Positions 19,703 through 32,914 of a DNA stretch of 56,613 nt are shown one piece after another. How positions within the stretch are numbered: the first letter of the stretch is position 1; each line of letters begins with the position of its first letter. The position numbers and the translations under genes are program-made. The stretch comes from Microbacterium sp. (GTDB taxonomy: Bacteria; Actinomycetota; Actinomycetes; Actinomycetales; Microbacteriaceae), in contig DASSYC010000127.1 of assembly GCA_035703465.1 (NCBI GenBank), positions 1 to 56,613 of the forward strand. The letters run 5' to 3'. The notes beneath the pieces are model-generated. The model had not been told where the DNA came from and ran no database searches. It saw only the letters and a list, made by a program, of their open reading frames with translations.

Positions 19703-21066
19703 CAGCGCCCCTCGGCAGGCTCGGGGAGCGGGGGCAGCACAGCCGGCAGCGGCGCCCGGGGCGTCCAGATGCCCACTGACGAGGCATCCACCGCGCCCAC
19801 CAGGCGCTCATGCCAGCCGATCGCGAACTGGTCGGTGAGCCCGGCCACCTGGTCGACGATCACGCGGCGGCGCTCGTCGTCCGACGCGGCTCGAGAGAAG
19901 TCCTCGGCGAAGACCGGATCCAGCGCTGCGGGGGCTCCCTCCCAGAGCGCCGTGGCCAGTCGCTTGAGGACGCGTCGCTGCTCCTTGTACAGCTGCTTGC
20001 GACCCTCGATCGACACGACGAAAGCGCCGATGATGCCCTTGAGGACCGCCATCTCGGCCTCGATCACACGCGGGACGACGACGTGCGCGCGATAGCGGGT
20101 GAGCACGGATGCCGGATAGGCGTCGCGCGTGGCGGTGGTCGCCGCCCGGGCGAACCTGCCGATGAGGTCGGACGTCAGATTCTTCAGCCGCGCCAGGTCG
20201 GCGCGCGATCCGGAGAACGAGGTCAGCCAATGCGGGATGCCGCGCAGGCGGTAGAACGCGTCGCCGAGCTCGTCCCGGGCGAAGTCGAAGCCCACCCAGG
20301 TCTGGATCGCGGTCACGAGCGCCTCATGCTCCTGCGGATCGGCCAGCCGCGCGGGGTCGAGGTATCCGTTGACGATCGCGTCCTCGAAGTCGTGCACCGA
20401 GTACGCGATGTCATCGGAGAGATCCATCGCCTCGGCCTCGATGCAGCGCACGCGCCCGGGCGCGCCCTCGCGCAACCAGCGGAAGACGGGCTCGTCGTCG
20501 GCGTACACTCCGAACTTCAGGCGCCCGCCGGCATCGGGCAGCGGCCGCTCCGCCGTCCAGGGGTACTTGCACGACGCGTCCAGGCTGGCGCGGGTCAGGT
20601 TCAGCCCATAGCCGATGCCTTCGGCATCCAGCACCTTCGGCTCCAGCCGCGTGAGGATGCGCAGGCTCTGCGCGTTGCCCTCGAACCCCCCGATGTCCTC
20701 CGCCCATTCGCTGAGCGCCCGCTCGCCGTTGTGGCCGAAGGGGGGATGCCCCAGGTCATGGCTGAGGCATGCGGTGTCCACCACGTCCGGCGCGAGCCCC
20801 AGAGCAGTGGCCAGCTCGCGGCCGACCTGGGCGACCTCCAGCGAGTGGGTGAGCCGGTTGCGGGCGAAATCCGCGGGGGATGCCGGGGAGAGGACCTGCG
20901 TCTTGGCGGCGAGGCGCCGCAGGGCAGCGGAGTGCAGCACGCGGGCCCGGTCGCGCGCGAAATCGTCGCGGCGCGACCGGTGGTGCTCGGTGAGGATGCG
21001 CGCGGTGTCGTGCTCGTCGTAGCCCGGTGGGCGCCCGGGTGCGACAGCGGCGCCGTCAGCCGCCAC
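19702..21066 (-). CDS. dgt: Deoxyguanosinetriphosphate triphosphohydrolase
   Basis: RDRARVLHSAALRRLAAKTQV, RLTHSLEVAQ, HDLGHPPFGH, DDIAYSVHD. Confidence 0.95.
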   Translation of the reverse strand: MAADGAAVAPGRPPGYDEHDTARILTEHHRSRRDDFARDRARVLHSAALRRLAAKTQVLSPASPADFARNRLTHSLEVAQVGRELATALGLAPDVVDTACLSHDLGHPPFGHNGERALSEWAEDIGGFEGNAQSLRILTRLEPKVLDAEGIGYGLNLTRASLDASCKYPWTAERPLPDAGGRLKFGVYADDEPVFRWLREGAPGRVRCIEAEAMDLSDDIAYSVHDFEDAIVNGYLDPARLADPQEHEALVTAIQTWVGFDFARDELGDAFYRLRGIPHWLTSFSGSRADLARLKNLTSDLIGRFARAATTATRDAYPASVLTRYRAHVVVPRVIEAEMAVLKGIIGAFVVSIEGRKQLYKEQRRVLKRLATALWEGAPAALDPVFAEDFSRAASDDERRRVIVDQVAGLTDQFAIGWHERLVGAVDASSVGIWTPRAPLPAVLPPLPEPAEGR

Positions 21067-22225
21067 TGGTGTCGAACTCCGTCTCCGTCAGTTCGGAGGT
21101 GGCCGCCGCGCCCATGTCGCGCGAGTCGAGCCAGCCCTGCGGAAGCGCGGGCCGCTTCGGGCTGCCCGCCCGCCCGCGCTGGCCCTCCGCCGCTGCCCCG
21201 GGATAGGGGGCGTCGTGATCGAGCGTGTCCAGCAGCGCGTCGATCTCCGCGAGGCTGGATGCCATCGCGAGCTGGGCCCGCAGCTCACCGCCGACCGGGT
21301 AGCCCTTGAAGTACCAGGCGACGTGCTTGCGGATGTCGCGGCAGCCGCGCTCCTCATCGTCGAAGAACTCGGCCAGAAGCTCCGCGTGCCGCCGGAATGC
21401 GCGGGCGACGAAGCCGAGCGTGGCGTCGACTTCCGCTCCGCCGGCGTCGGCACCGAAGGCGGCGGCGAGGTCTCCGAACAGCCACGGGCGGCCCAGGCAT
21501 CCTCGCCCCACGACCACCCCGTCGCAGCCGGTCTGCGCCATCATCCGCACCGCGTCCTCGGCCGACCAGATGTCGCCGTTGCCGAGCACCGGCACACTGG
21601 TCACCGCCTGCTTGAGGGCCGCTGTCGCGTCCCAGTCGGCGGTCCCCGAATAGAACTCGCTCGCGGTGCGGGCATGCAGCGCGACCGCGGCGACGCCGGC
21701 GTCCTCGGCGATGCGACCGGCGTCCAGGTACGTGAGGTGATCGGCATCGATCCCCTTGCGCATCTTCACCGTGACCGGGATGTGGCCGGCGGCGCGGACA
21801 GCGCTGCCGACGATGTCGCGGAACAGGCCGAGCTTCCAGGGCAGTGCGGCTCCGCCCCCCTTGCGCGTCACCTTCGGGACGGGGCAGCCGAAGTTGAGGT
21901 CGATGTGGTCGGCGCGATCTTCCGCCGCGAGGATCCGGACAGCCTCGGCCATGGTCTTCGGGTCGACGCCGTACAGCTGGATCGAGCGCGTCGATTCCGA
22001 CTCGTGGTGGCCGATCAGCCGCATCGTCGTCGCGTTGCGCTCGACCAGCGCCCGCGAGGTGATCATCTCGCTGACGTACAGCCCCGCGCCGTACTCCCGG
22101 CACAGACGGCGGAACGCCGTGTTGGTGATGCCCGCCATCGGCGCCAGCACCACGGGTGCGGCCAGCTCGATCGGGCCGATGCGCAGCGGGCGCACGGCAG
22201 GATCGGCAGCGAGGGCGGTGGTCAC
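21056..22225 (-). CDS. dusB: tRNA dihydrouridine synthase B
   Basis: LAPMAGIT, DLNFGCP, KMRKG, GNGDI, GRGCLGRPW. Start at GTG 22225. Confidence 0.94.
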   Translation of the reverse strand: MTTALAADPAVRPLRIGPIELAAPVVLAPMAGITNTAFRRLCREYGAGLYVSEMITSRALVERNATTMRLIGHHESESTRSIQLYGVDPKTMAEAVRILAAEDRADHIDLNFGCPVPKVTRKGGGAALPWKLGLFRDIVGSAVRAAGHIPVTVKMRKGIDADHLTYLDAGRIAEDAGVAAVALHARTASEFYSGTADWDATAALKQAVTSVPVLGNGDIWSAEDAVRMMAQTGCDGVVVGRGCLGRPWLFGDLAAAFGADAGGAEVDATLGFVARAFRRHAELLAEFFDDEERGCRDIRKHVAWYFKGYPVGGELRAQLAMASSLAEIDALLDTLDHDAPYPGAAAEGQRGRAGSPKRPALPQGWLDSRDMGAAATSELTETEFDTSGG

Positions 22226-22282
22226 CGGACCATTCTCCCAGAATCGTCTGCCCCACCGGCGCGGGCGATTAGCCTGGGGAGC

Positions 22283-22783
22283 ATGACCGACGCACCGACC
22301 GACCCCCTTGGCGTCCCCTTCTTCACCGCCGAGGGCGAGACGAAGACGATCGCCGACTACATGGATGCGGCGGTGCTGGTGGTCAACGTCGCCTCCAAGT
22401 GCGGCAACACTCCGCAGTACGAACAGCTCGAGAAGCTGCAGGAGACCTACGGCGACCGGGGATTCACCGTACTGGGATTCCCGTGCAACCAGTTCATGGG
22501 GCAGGAGCCGGGGTCGATGGAGCAGATCCTGGAGTACTGCACCACGACCTGGGGCGTGACCTTCCCGATCCTGGACAAGGTCAAGGTCAACGGCCACCGT
22601 TCAGCGCCGCTGTTCGAGTCGCTGCGGCAGACGCCGGACGACCGCGGCAAGGCGGGGCGCGTCGCGTGGAACTTCGAGAAGTTCCTGCTGACGGCCGACG
22701 GCGCGGTGCACCGGTTCCGGCCTCCGGTCAAGCCGGACGACCCGGCAATCGTCGAGGCGATCGAGGCGGCGCTGCCGCGCTGA
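22283..22783 (+). CDS. Glutathione peroxidase-family (Cys) peroxidase
   Basis: NVASKCG, LGFPCNQF..QEPG, WNFEKFL. Confidence 0.93.
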   Translation: MTDAPTDPLGVPFFTAEGETKTIADYMDAAVLVVNVASKCGNTPQYEQLEKLQETYGDRGFTVLGFPCNQFMGQEPGSMEQILEYCTTTWGVTFPILDKVKVNGHRSAPLFESLRQTPDDRGKAGRVAWNFEKFLLTADGAVHRFRPPVKPDDPAIVEAIEAALPR

Positions 22784-22784
22784 T

Positions 22785-23477
22785 TCAGGCGACCGGCTCG
22801 GCCTGCTCGGCCTGCTCGGTGTGCCGCTCGGCCCAGACCTGGCGGGCGATCTGCGCGAACGCCTCCGCGGGCTGGGCGCCCGAGACGCCGTACTTGCCGT
22901 CGATGACGAAGAACGGCACGCCGCTGATGCCGTAGGCCTGCGCCTGTGCCTGATCGGCGCGCACCGCGTCGGTGAGCCGGCCGCTCTCCAGGGCGTCGCG
23001 GGTCGCTGCGGCATCGAGCCCGATCTCGGCGGCGAGGGAGACCAGGTCGTCCACCCGCCCGACGTGGCGGCCCTCGGTGAAATACGCCGCCATGAGACGC
23101 TCGGCCATGTCGTGCTGACGGCCCTGCTCCTTGGCGAGGTGCAGAAGCTCATGCGCCTTCACGGTGTTGGTGTGCTTGAGGATGTCGAACCGGTAGTCGA
23201 GTCCGGCCTGAGCGGCGACGCCGGTCACCCGGTCGAGCATCCCCTGGACCTGCTCGACGGGCATGCCCTTGTGGGTGGCGAGGAAGTCGATCTCGCTGCC
23301 GTCGAAGTCGACCGGGGTGTCGGGCGAGAGCTCGAAGGAGTGGTACACCACCTCGACCTCGGGCGGGTTCTCATCTGCGGCGGCGCTGGCCAGCCCGTTC
23401 TCCAGGTTGCGCTTGCCGATGTAGCACCAGGGGCAGGCGATGTCCGACCACACGTCGATCTTGATGGCATCCGTCAT
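22785..23477 (-). CDS. DsbA/FrnE-family oxidoreductase
   Basis: WSDIACPWCYIG, GISGVPFFVID, SGAQP. Confidence 0.92.
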   Translation of the reverse strand: MTDAIKIDVWSDIACPWCYIGKRNLENGLASAAADENPPEVEVVYHSFELSPDTPVDFDGSEIDFLATHKGMPVEQVQGMLDRVTGVAAQAGLDYRFDILKHTNTVKAHELLHLAKEQGRQHDMAERLMAAYFTEGRHVGRVDDLVSLAAEIGLDAAATRDALESGRLTDAVRADQAQAQAYGISGVPFFVIDGKYGVSGAQPAEAFAQIARQVWAERHTEQAEQAEPVA

Positions 23478-23540
23478 GCTCGGGACAACGTCGCGGACGT
23501 GGGGTCCTATTCCCCTGCATATGTCGCTCGTCCCCCTATG

Positions 23541-24350
23541 TCAGAGAGCGGGCGGATCGGGGTCGTCGACGGCCCCGCCGAAGCGACGGTCGCGGTCGAG
23601 GTACAGCTGGATGGCGTGCCACAGGTCGGTGCGACGGAAGTCGGGCCACAGCGTGTCGAGGAAGACCATCTCGGCGTAGGCCGCCTCCCACAGCAGGAAG
23701 TTCGAGGTGCGCTGCTCCCCGCTGGAGCGCACGAACAGGTCCACGTCGGGCATGTCCGGCACGTAGAGGTGACGGCGCACCGTCTTCTCCGTGATCGCGG
23801 AGGGCCGCAGGCGGCCCGCGGCGATCTCCTCGCCCATGCGGCGGATCGCGTCGACGATCTCCAGGCGACCGCCGTAGTTGATGCACATGGTGAGATTGAG
23901 CCGATCGTTGCCGCGGGTCAGCTGTTCGGCGAACTGCAGCTCCTTGATGACCGAGCCCCACAGCCGCGGCTTGCGCCCTGCCCAGCGCACCCGCACGCCC
24001 CACTCGTTGAGCTGATCGCGGCGGCGATGCAGCACATCGCGGTTGTAGCCCATCAGGAACCGCACCTCGTCGGGCGAGCGCGCCCAGTTCTCGGTCGAGA
24101 AGGCGTACACGCTGAGCCAGGTCACCCCGGCCTGCAGGGCGCCGGCCACGACATCCAGCAGAACCTCCTCGCCGGCCTTGTGCCCCTCGATGCGACTGAG
24201 ACCGCGCCGGTTCGCCCAGCGTCCATTGCCATCCATCACGATCGCGACGTGGCCGGGCACCTTCCCGTCGAAGTCCTGCGGATGCTGCCCGGTCCAATCC
24301 ACGGGCCGGTACGCGACGGCGTCACGGTGCGTGTACGGCTTGGGCGTCAT
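23541..24350 (-). CDS. uppS: cis-Prenyltransferase (polyprenyl diphosphate synthase)
   Basis: [41 protein letters not shown]. Confidence 0.95.
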   Translation of the reverse strand: MTPKPYTHRDAVAYRPVDWTGQHPQDFDGKVPGHVAIVMDGNGRWANRRGLSRIEGHKAGEEVLLDVVAGALQAGVTWLSVYAFSTENWARSPDEVRFLMGYNRDVLHRRRDQLNEWGVRVRWAGRKPRLWGSVIKELQFAEQLTRGNDRLNLTMCINYGGRLEIVDAIRRMGEEIAAGRLRPSAITEKTVRRHLYVPDMPDVDLFVRSSGEQRTSNFLLWEAAYAEMVFLDTLWPDFRRTDLWHAIQLYLDRDRRFGGAVDDPDPPAL

Positions 24351-25090
24351 CGCACCGGCTCCGGTGGTCCCGCCGACAGATGGCTGAGCGAGCGGATGCC
24401 GCGCTCCAGGTGCCACTGCGCGTACGCCGCGATGACTCCGGAGGCACCGGCTGTCGCCCGGGGACCCGCGGCATCCACGCTCTCCCACTCCCCAGCCATC
24501 AGCGCCTCCAGCAGCCGCACGATGTCGGCGTCGACGCGCGGGCTGCCGGCCGGCGCGCACTCCCGGCACACCACCCCGCCCAGCTGCGCGACGAACACGT
24601 CGTGCGGTCCGGGGCGGCCGCAGCGTGCGCATTCGCCGAGTGCCGGCGCCCATCCGGCCAGGGCCATCACCCGCAGGAGATAGGAGTCGAGGATGCTGCG
24701 CGGCGCGTGCTCGCCGAGCGTGAGCGCGCGAAGCCCCCCTACCAGCAGCAGGTACTGCTGCGGACCCGACTCCGCCTCGCTGAGGCGATCGGCCGTCTCG
24801 ACCATGGCGCTGGCGGCGGTGTAGCGCTCATAGTCCGCGGCGATGTCGGCGCCGTACGCCCCGAGCGAGTCCGCCTGCTGGACGATGTCGAGCGAGCGCC
24901 CGGTGTACAGCTGCACATCCGCGACCATGAACGGCTCCAGGCGCGCACCGAACCGCGACGACGTGCGCCGAACCCCTTTTGCGACGGCCCGCACTTTGCC
25001 GTGCCGGCGGCTGAGCATGACGACGATGCGGTCCGCCTCGCCCAGCTTGTGGGTGCGCAGGACCACGACGTCGTCGCGATAGGTGGGCAC
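24347..25090 (-). CDS. recO: DNA repair protein RecO
   Basis: [38 protein letters not shown]...CREC zinc finger. Confidence 0.96.
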   Translation of the reverse strand: MPTYRDDVVVLRTHKLGEADRIVVMLSRRHGKVRAVAKGVRRTSSRFGARLEPFMVADVQLYTGRSLDIVQQADSLGAYGADIAADYERYTAASAMVETADRLSEAESGPQQYLLLVGGLRALTLGEHAPRSILDSYLLRVMALAGWAPALGECARCGRPGPHDVFVAQLGGVVCRECAPAGSPRVDADIVRLLEALMAGEWESVDAAGPRATAGASGVIAAYAQWHLERGIRSLSHLSAGPPEPVR

Positions 25091-25143
25091 ACTCGATTAT
25101 CCCGCGCTGACGACGCTGGAGCGTGACCGAACCGCTCTTCGAG

Positions 25144-26928
<1,785 letters not shown>

Positions 26929-26949
26929 TCACGGGCCGACGACGAAGCT

Positions 26950-26988
26950 CCGCGGCGAGAGAGGCCCTAGGTCGAGGACTCGCCGCGG
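26950..26988 (-). promoter_or_regulatory. Stem-loop in the leuA leader (LEU element-like)
   Basis: Perfect 10-bp inverted repeat CCGCGGCGAG (26950-26959) / CTCGCCGCGG (26979-26988), beginning just after the Leu codons of the leader ORF. Confidence 0.75.
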
Positions 26989-27020
26989 CGGCTAAGGAGA
27001 AGCACGGAGCCCGCACGCAT
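26967..27020 (-). CDS. leuA leader peptide MRAGSVLLLSRRGESST (17 aa)
   Basis: ATG CGT GCG GGC TCC GTG CTT CTC CTT AGC ... ACC TAG; three tandem Leu codons, two of them the rare CTT. TACTCT -10 six nt upstream. Confidence 0.8.
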   Translation of the reverse strand: MRAGSVLLLSRRGESST

Positions 27021-27098
27021 GAACACAGAGTACACCCGGCTTCGACCGGGTCGCCAACCGCGATGAGACGAACTGCCCCGAGGCGACACTTCCCGGGC

Positions 27099-27725
27099 AT
27101 GAAGCGCACTCAGATCGCCGTCGCCCTGCTGGCGGCATCCGCCCTGCTGCTGGCCGCCTGTGCCACACCGAGCGGATCGGCGCCCTCCGGTCCCCCGGCA
27201 GGCGACCGGCTCGGCGCGGTTGCACCCTCCCCTCCGGACGGAGAGGTGATCGGGCAGGGGACGGTCCTGGATGCCGGAGGCGACGCCGAACTCTGCATGG
27301 GGGCGGTGGCGGAGTCGTATCCTCCGCAGTGCAGCGGAATTCCGCTGGAGAACTGGTCCTGGGACGGCGTCGAAGGGTCCGAGCAGTCGGGCGACGTGCG
27401 CTGGGGCGCGTATGCCGTACAGGGCATGTACAACGGCACGTCCTTTCAGGTGACGCAGCCGCCGATCCTGCTCGCGCTGTACGACCCGATGGTGCCGGAT
27501 GACCCCTATGGTGGCGAGCCCGGAAACGCCGACGAGGCCACGCTGACGGGAATTCAGGACGACCTTCCCGGCCGCCTCGGGGCCGCCTACCTGTCGTCCT
27601 GGCCGGAAGACGGCCGACTGCGCGTGCAGGTGATCTGGGACGACGGCGCATGGCAGCGGGCTGCCGACGAGGAATTCGGCGAAGGCGTCGTGGTGGTCGA
27701 GTCGGCGCTGCGGCCGGTGGGCTGA
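27099..27725 (+). CDS. Hypothetical lipoprotein
   Basis: MKR + hydrophobic stretch + LLAAC lipobox; ELCMGAVAESYPPQCSG motif. Confidence 0.82.
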   Translation: MKRTQIAVALLAASALLLAACATPSGSAPSGPPAGDRLGAVAPSPPDGEVIGQGTVLDAGGDAELCMGAVAESYPPQCSGIPLENWSWDGVEGSEQSGDVRWGAYAVQGMYNGTSFQVTQPPILLALYDPMVPDDPYGGEPGNADEATLTGIQDDLPGRLGAAYLSSWPEDGRLRVQVIWDDGAWQRAADEEFGEGVVVVESALRPVG

Positions 27726-27789
27726 CGCGGAGCGGGTATGCTCCGCCGAGGAGATCTGCGACAGGAGTCTCCTCTATACCTTCTTGGAT

Positions 27790-27809
27790 TAGTACATCTG
27801 TGTTATGGT
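27790..27809 (+). promoter_or_regulatory. Extended -10 (TGtTATGGT) for the HNH gene with an overlapping degenerate LexA-box-like sequence
   Basis: TATGGT at 27804-27809 lies 6 nt before ATG 27816. TAGTACATCTGTGTTA (27790-27805) only partly resembles TCGAAC-N4-GTTCGA. The patch is AT-rich. Confidence 0.4.
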
Positions 27810-27815
27810 GTACCT

Positions 27816-29153
27816 ATGACGTTGCCTTCCCTCATCGAACGTCCCTCTGACGAAGACGCTCTCGCATTCGTCTTCCACGACGTTGAGCGGCACCAGTATG
27901 ACCTCAATCGTGGCGCGGCGCGTCGCGCCGCATCTCTCGCTGACGCGCTGGCGTACGCGCGGTCTCGGCCGTGGGTGTACGCGGTGTCGGACGACCCGGA
28001 CAGCGTGCGCACGGCTGAGCGGTGCGCGGCGATGGAGGCGGCTGCGCGGTTCCAGCTGGGTGAGGCGACGGTGCGGACGCTCGCGTGGGTCGCCGATGAG
28101 GCGCGTACGCGGCTTCCGGCGCTGTGGGGGCGCGCTTGGGAGGGGTTCGCCGCCATGGGGCAGGTCGAGTCGGCGGTGAAGCTGCTGTCCCGATTCGGAG
28201 AGGATGCCGCAGCCGTGGCCGCCTTCGACGACTATCTCGCCGAGTTGGTGCTGACCGCATCGCCGGCGGTGTTCAGATCGAAGGCGCACAAGGCGACACG
28301 GATGCTCGCACCGGGAGACCCCGCGACAGAGCACGTGCGTGCGCGTGAAGAGCGGCGGGTCATCCACGAGAGGACGGGCGACGGGATGTCGTGGCTGCAC
28401 ATCCACACCACGACGGTTGAGGCGACCGCTGCGTTCCGGCGCGCGACGTCGACGGCCAAGCATATGGAGAAGTCCGAGTGCGATGGGCGCACTCGCGATC
28501 AGCTGCGTGCCGACCTTCTGTCAGCGTGGATGCGCGGCATCGCCGGCCCTCAGGCGGTGAAGACGAAGGTGTTCATCACCGTGCCGCTGGACAAGCTCAC
28601 GCCTGCGGCACAGAAGACGGTCCGCACCGACATCACGCCGCGCGTCGGCGGCCTGGATCTGAACAGCGAGCCGCTGCTGCTCGGCCACGGCGACGAACCC
28701 GTCGACGAGACCACCGCCGTGCGGATGCTGCTGGCGGCGGGGAAGTTCACGCGCGTGATCACCGACCCCGTCACCGGGGTGGTTCTCGACATGGATCGTC
28801 GGGCGCGCACAGTGACCCGGGCGCAGTACGAGTGGCTGCTGCTCAGCCACGGCACCTGCACCCGAGACGGCTGCGGCAGACCCGCTGCCGACGCGGAGAT
28901 CGACCACTGGATCGAATTCAACGGACCGCGGCAGGGCGGGACCGACATCGGCAATCTGCACCCCTTCTGCGCACCCGAGAACAACGCCAAGGGCGCGACG
29001 CGACTGCGCTACCGGCGACGAACGGATGGCACCGTCGCGCTGCACTTCCCCACCGGGTTCGAGACCAGACCGGACGTTCCGTTCGCGCTGCTGGGCGTGC
29101 TCGAACGGAACCGGCTGCAGCCCCAGGTCTACGCCGACGATCCACCATTCTGA
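27816..29153 (+). CDS. DUF222 / HNH endonuclease protein (REP13E12-like family)
   Basis: DGMSWL, DGRTRDQLRAD, RVITDPVTGVVLDMDRR, CTRDGC...EIDHW...GGTDIGNLHPFC. Confidence 0.88.
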   Translation: MTLPSLIERPSDEDALAFVFHDVERHQYDLNRGAARRAASLADALAYARSRPWVYAVSDDPDSVRTAERCAAMEAAARFQLGEATVRTLAWVADEARTRLPALWGRAWEGFAAMGQVESAVKLLSRFGEDAAAVAAFDDYLAELVLTASPAVFRSKAHKATRMLAPGDPATEHVRAREERRVIHERTGDGMSWLHIHTTTVEATAAFRRATSTAKHMEKSECDGRTRDQLRADLLSAWMRGIAGPQAVKTKVFITVPLDKLTPAAQKTVRTDITPRVGGLDLNSEPLLLGHGDEPVDETTAVRMLLAAGKFTRVITDPVTGVVLDMDRRARTVTRAQYEWLLLSHGTCTRDGCGRPAADAEIDHWIEFNGPRQGGTDIGNLHPFCAPENNAKGATRLRYRRRTDGTVALHFPTGFETRPDVPFALLGVLERNRLQPQVYADDPPF

Positions 29154-29180
29154 CTCTGATTCCCGGTGACGCGACGCACC

Positions 29181-30089
29181 TCAGAAGCCCAGCCGTCTCA
29201 GCTGCTTCGGGTCGCGCTGCCACTCCTTGGCGACGCGCACGTGCAGCTTGAGGAAGATCCTCGTGCCCACCAGCGGCTCCAGCTGGGCGCGTGCGCGTGC
29301 GCCGACGTCGCGCAGCCGAGAGCCCCGGTGCCCGATGATGATGGCCTTCTGGCTGTCGCGCTCGACGACGATGCTCGCATAGATGTCGGTGAGGCCGCCG
29401 CGGGTCTCATCGGTGCTCGGTCGCTCGGCGATGTCGTCGATCGTGACCGCGATCGAGTGCGGCAGCTCGTCGCGCACGCCCTCCAGCGCCGCCTCGCGGA
29501 TGATCTCGGCCACCCGGTCCTCGAGAGATTCGTCGGTGACGACGCCCTCCGGGTACAGCGCGGGCCCGGTCGGCATGAGCGAGAGCAGCTCGTCGACGAG
29601 CACCTCGAGCTGTTCGTGCGTGAGCGCCGACAGCGGGATGACGGCGGCCCAGTCCTCACGCAGGCTGTCGACCTCCATCAGCCGCTCCGCGATCTGGTCG
29701 CGGGAGGCGGCATCCGTCTTCGTGACGATGGCCACCTTCTTCGCACGCGGATACCCGTCCAGCGACTCGGCGATGCGTCGATCGCCCGGCCCGACCTTCT
29801 CGGTGGCCGGCACGCAGAAGCCGATCACGTCGACATCGCCGAGGACCTGGTCGACGAGATCGTTGAGCCGCTGGCCGAGGAGGGTGCGGGGCTTGTGGAT
29901 GCCGGGAGTGTCCACGATGATCAGCTGGCCGCCCGGGCGGTTCACGATGCCGCGGATGGCGCGCCGCGTTGTCTGCGGCTTCTCGCTGGTGATCGCGACC
30001 TTCTCCCCCACCAGGGCGTTCGTCAGCGTCGACTTGCCCACGTTGGGGCGGCCCACGAACGTGGCGAAGCCGGATCTCGGATCACTCAT
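29181..30089 (-). CDS. era: GTPase Era
   Basis: GRPNVGKST, PQTTR, DTPG, TKTD, KH domain IIIGHRG. Confidence 0.97.
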   Translation of the reverse strand: MSDPRSGFATFVGRPNVGKSTLTNALVGEKVAITSEKPQTTRRAIRGIVNRPGGQLIIVDTPGIHKPRTLLGQRLNDLVDQVLGDVDVIGFCVPATEKVGPGDRRIAESLDGYPRAKKVAIVTKTDAASRDQIAERLMEVDSLREDWAAVIPLSALTHEQLEVLVDELLSLMPTGPALYPEGVVTDESLEDRVAEIIREAALEGVRDELPHSIAVTIDDIAERPSTDETRGGLTDIYASIVVERDSQKAIIIGHRGSRLRDVGARARAQLEPLVGTRIFLKLHVRVAKEWQRDPKQLRRLGF

Positions 30090-31368
30090 GGAAGGCCTCC
30101 TCGGCGGCGGCGAGCGCCTCTCCGCGCTCGACGAACACGGTCGCCAGACCCCGGCCACGACCGCGGGATGTGCCTCCCGTCAGCACCAGTCCCTCCACGA
30201 CGGCGGTCGCGCCCGGCTGCGGGATGCGGCCGAGCGCTTTGCCCAGCAGCCCTCCGACCGAGTCGACGTCCTCGTCCTCGAGCTCGATGCCGAACAGGTC
30301 GCCGATATCGTCCAGCGACAGCCGTGCGCTCACGCGGTAGCGGCCGGGCTCCAGCTCCACGACCTCCGCGGGGCTGCGGTCGTACTCGTCGGCGATCTCG
30401 CCCACGAGCTCCTCGATGAGGTCCTCCAGGGTGACGAGTCCTGCGATGTCGCCGTACTCGTCCACCACCATGCACACATGCACCGCGTCGCGCTTCATCT
30501 GCTGCAGCAGGGTCTCGGCCTTCATCGACTCGGGCACGAACACCGCCTTGCGGGAGATGGGTCGCACCGACGCGTGTCCCCAGGCCCGCTCATCCCGGAA
30601 GGCGAACTGGACGAGATCCTTCAGATACAGCACGCCCACCACGTCGTCGGCGTCGCCCTCGACGACCGGAACGCGCGAGACGCCCTTGTCGAGGAACAGC
30701 TGCATCGCCTCTCGGGTCGTGGCCGTGGCATCCACGGTGACCATGTCGGTGCGCGGCACCATCACCGCCCGGACGAACCGGTCGGTGAAGTCGAACACCG
30801 AGTGGATGAGGTCGCGGTCGTCCTCCTCGATGAGATCCTGGGAGGCGGCCTCATCGACCATGCTGAGCAGCTGCTCCTCCGACGAGAAGGAAGCGTTGCG
30901 CACGACGCCGGGGGTGATGCGCTCTCCGAGGGCCACCAGGCCGTGTGCCAGCGGACCGAGGATCACCCGGACCGCGCGGATCACGGGGGCGACGGACTGG
31001 AGCAGCCCTCGCGCGTGCTGCCGCCCGACCGTGCGCGGGCTTGCGCCCACGAGCACGAAGGAGATCGCGGTCATCAGCACGATGGCGGCGAGCATCGCCC
31101 ACCAGATGCTCTCGATCAGCAGCATGAAGGCGACGGTGACCAGCACCGCGGCGGCGGTCTCGGCGAGGATCCTGATGAACACGACCGCGTTCAGGTGCGC
31201 GTCGGTGTCGTCGGCCATCGCCCGCAGGGACTTCGCATTGCGGCCTGCCAGCGCGAGCTCTGCGAGATCGGCGCGCGAGGTCACACCCAGCGCCGCGTCG
31301 ATGGCCGCCATCAGACCGCCGAAGGCGACCAGCAGCACCGCTGCGGCCAGGAGCAGCGCCGCGGTCAT
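30082..31368 (-). CDS. CNNM/hemolysin-family protein (DUF21-CBS-CorC)
   Basis: N-terminal TM domain, [37 protein letters not shown]. Confidence 0.93.
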   Translation of the reverse strand: MTAALLLAAAVLLVAFGGLMAAIDAALGVTSRADLAELALAGRNAKSLRAMADDTDAHLNAVVFIRILAETAAAVLVTVAFMLLIESIWWAMLAAIVLMTAISFVLVGASPRTVGRQHARGLLQSVAPVIRAVRVILGPLAHGLVALGERITPGVVRNASFSSEEQLLSMVDEAASQDLIEEDDRDLIHSVFDFTDRFVRAVMVPRTDMVTVDATATTREAMQLFLDKGVSRVPVVEGDADDVVGVLYLKDLVQFAFRDERAWGHASVRPISRKAVFVPESMKAETLLQQMKRDAVHVCMVVDEYGDIAGLVTLEDLIEELVGEIADEYDRSPAEVVELEPGRYRVSARLSLDDIGDLFGIELEDEDVDSVGGLLGKALGRIPQPGATAVVEGLVLTGGTSRGRGRGLATVFVERGEALAAAEEAFHE

Positions 31369-31831
31369 GATCGGGGTCTGCGGCGCTCGGCGTGCTCGAA
31401 GCCGATGATCAGCTCGCGCTGCAGCCCGAACATCTCGCGCTCCTCGTCCGGCTCCGCGTGATCGAAGCCGAGCAGGTGCAGCAGGCCGTGGGTCGTCAGC
31501 AGCACCAGTTCAGCGAGGGTCGAGTGGCGTGCCTGCTGTGCCTGGGTCTCGGCCACCTGCGGGCACAGGACGATGTCGCCGAGGAGTCCGGGCGGCGTCG
31601 GCATGTCCTCGGTCCCCGGACGCAGCTCGTCCATCGGGAAGCTCAGCACGTCGGTGGGCCCGGGCTCGTCCATCCACTGCACGTGCAGGGCCTCCATGGC
31701 GCCCTCGTCCACCAGGATGATGGCCAGCTCGGCCTCCGGGCTCACATGAAGCTCGGCCAGCGCGTAGTCGACCAGGCGCAGCAGCTTGGACTCGTCGACG
31801 TCGACTCCGGATTCGTTCGAGATCTCGATCG

Positions 31832-31835
<4 letters not shown>
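31365..31835 (-). CDS. ybeY: rRNA maturation endoribonuclease YbeY
   Basis: [27 protein letters not shown]. Confidence 0.96.

Positions 31836-32906
<1,071 letters not shown>

Positions 32907-32914
<8 letters not shown>

Noticed and set aside
22795-22820. Short tandem repeat GCTCGGCCT x2-3 at the end of the DsbA gene
   Set aside because: It encodes a low-complexity EQAEQAE tail and is too short to be a meaningful array.
25091-25125. PafBC motif upstream of recO
   Set aside because: A GATAAT -10 is present, but no TGTCGG-like hexamer lies at the required 10-nt spacing.
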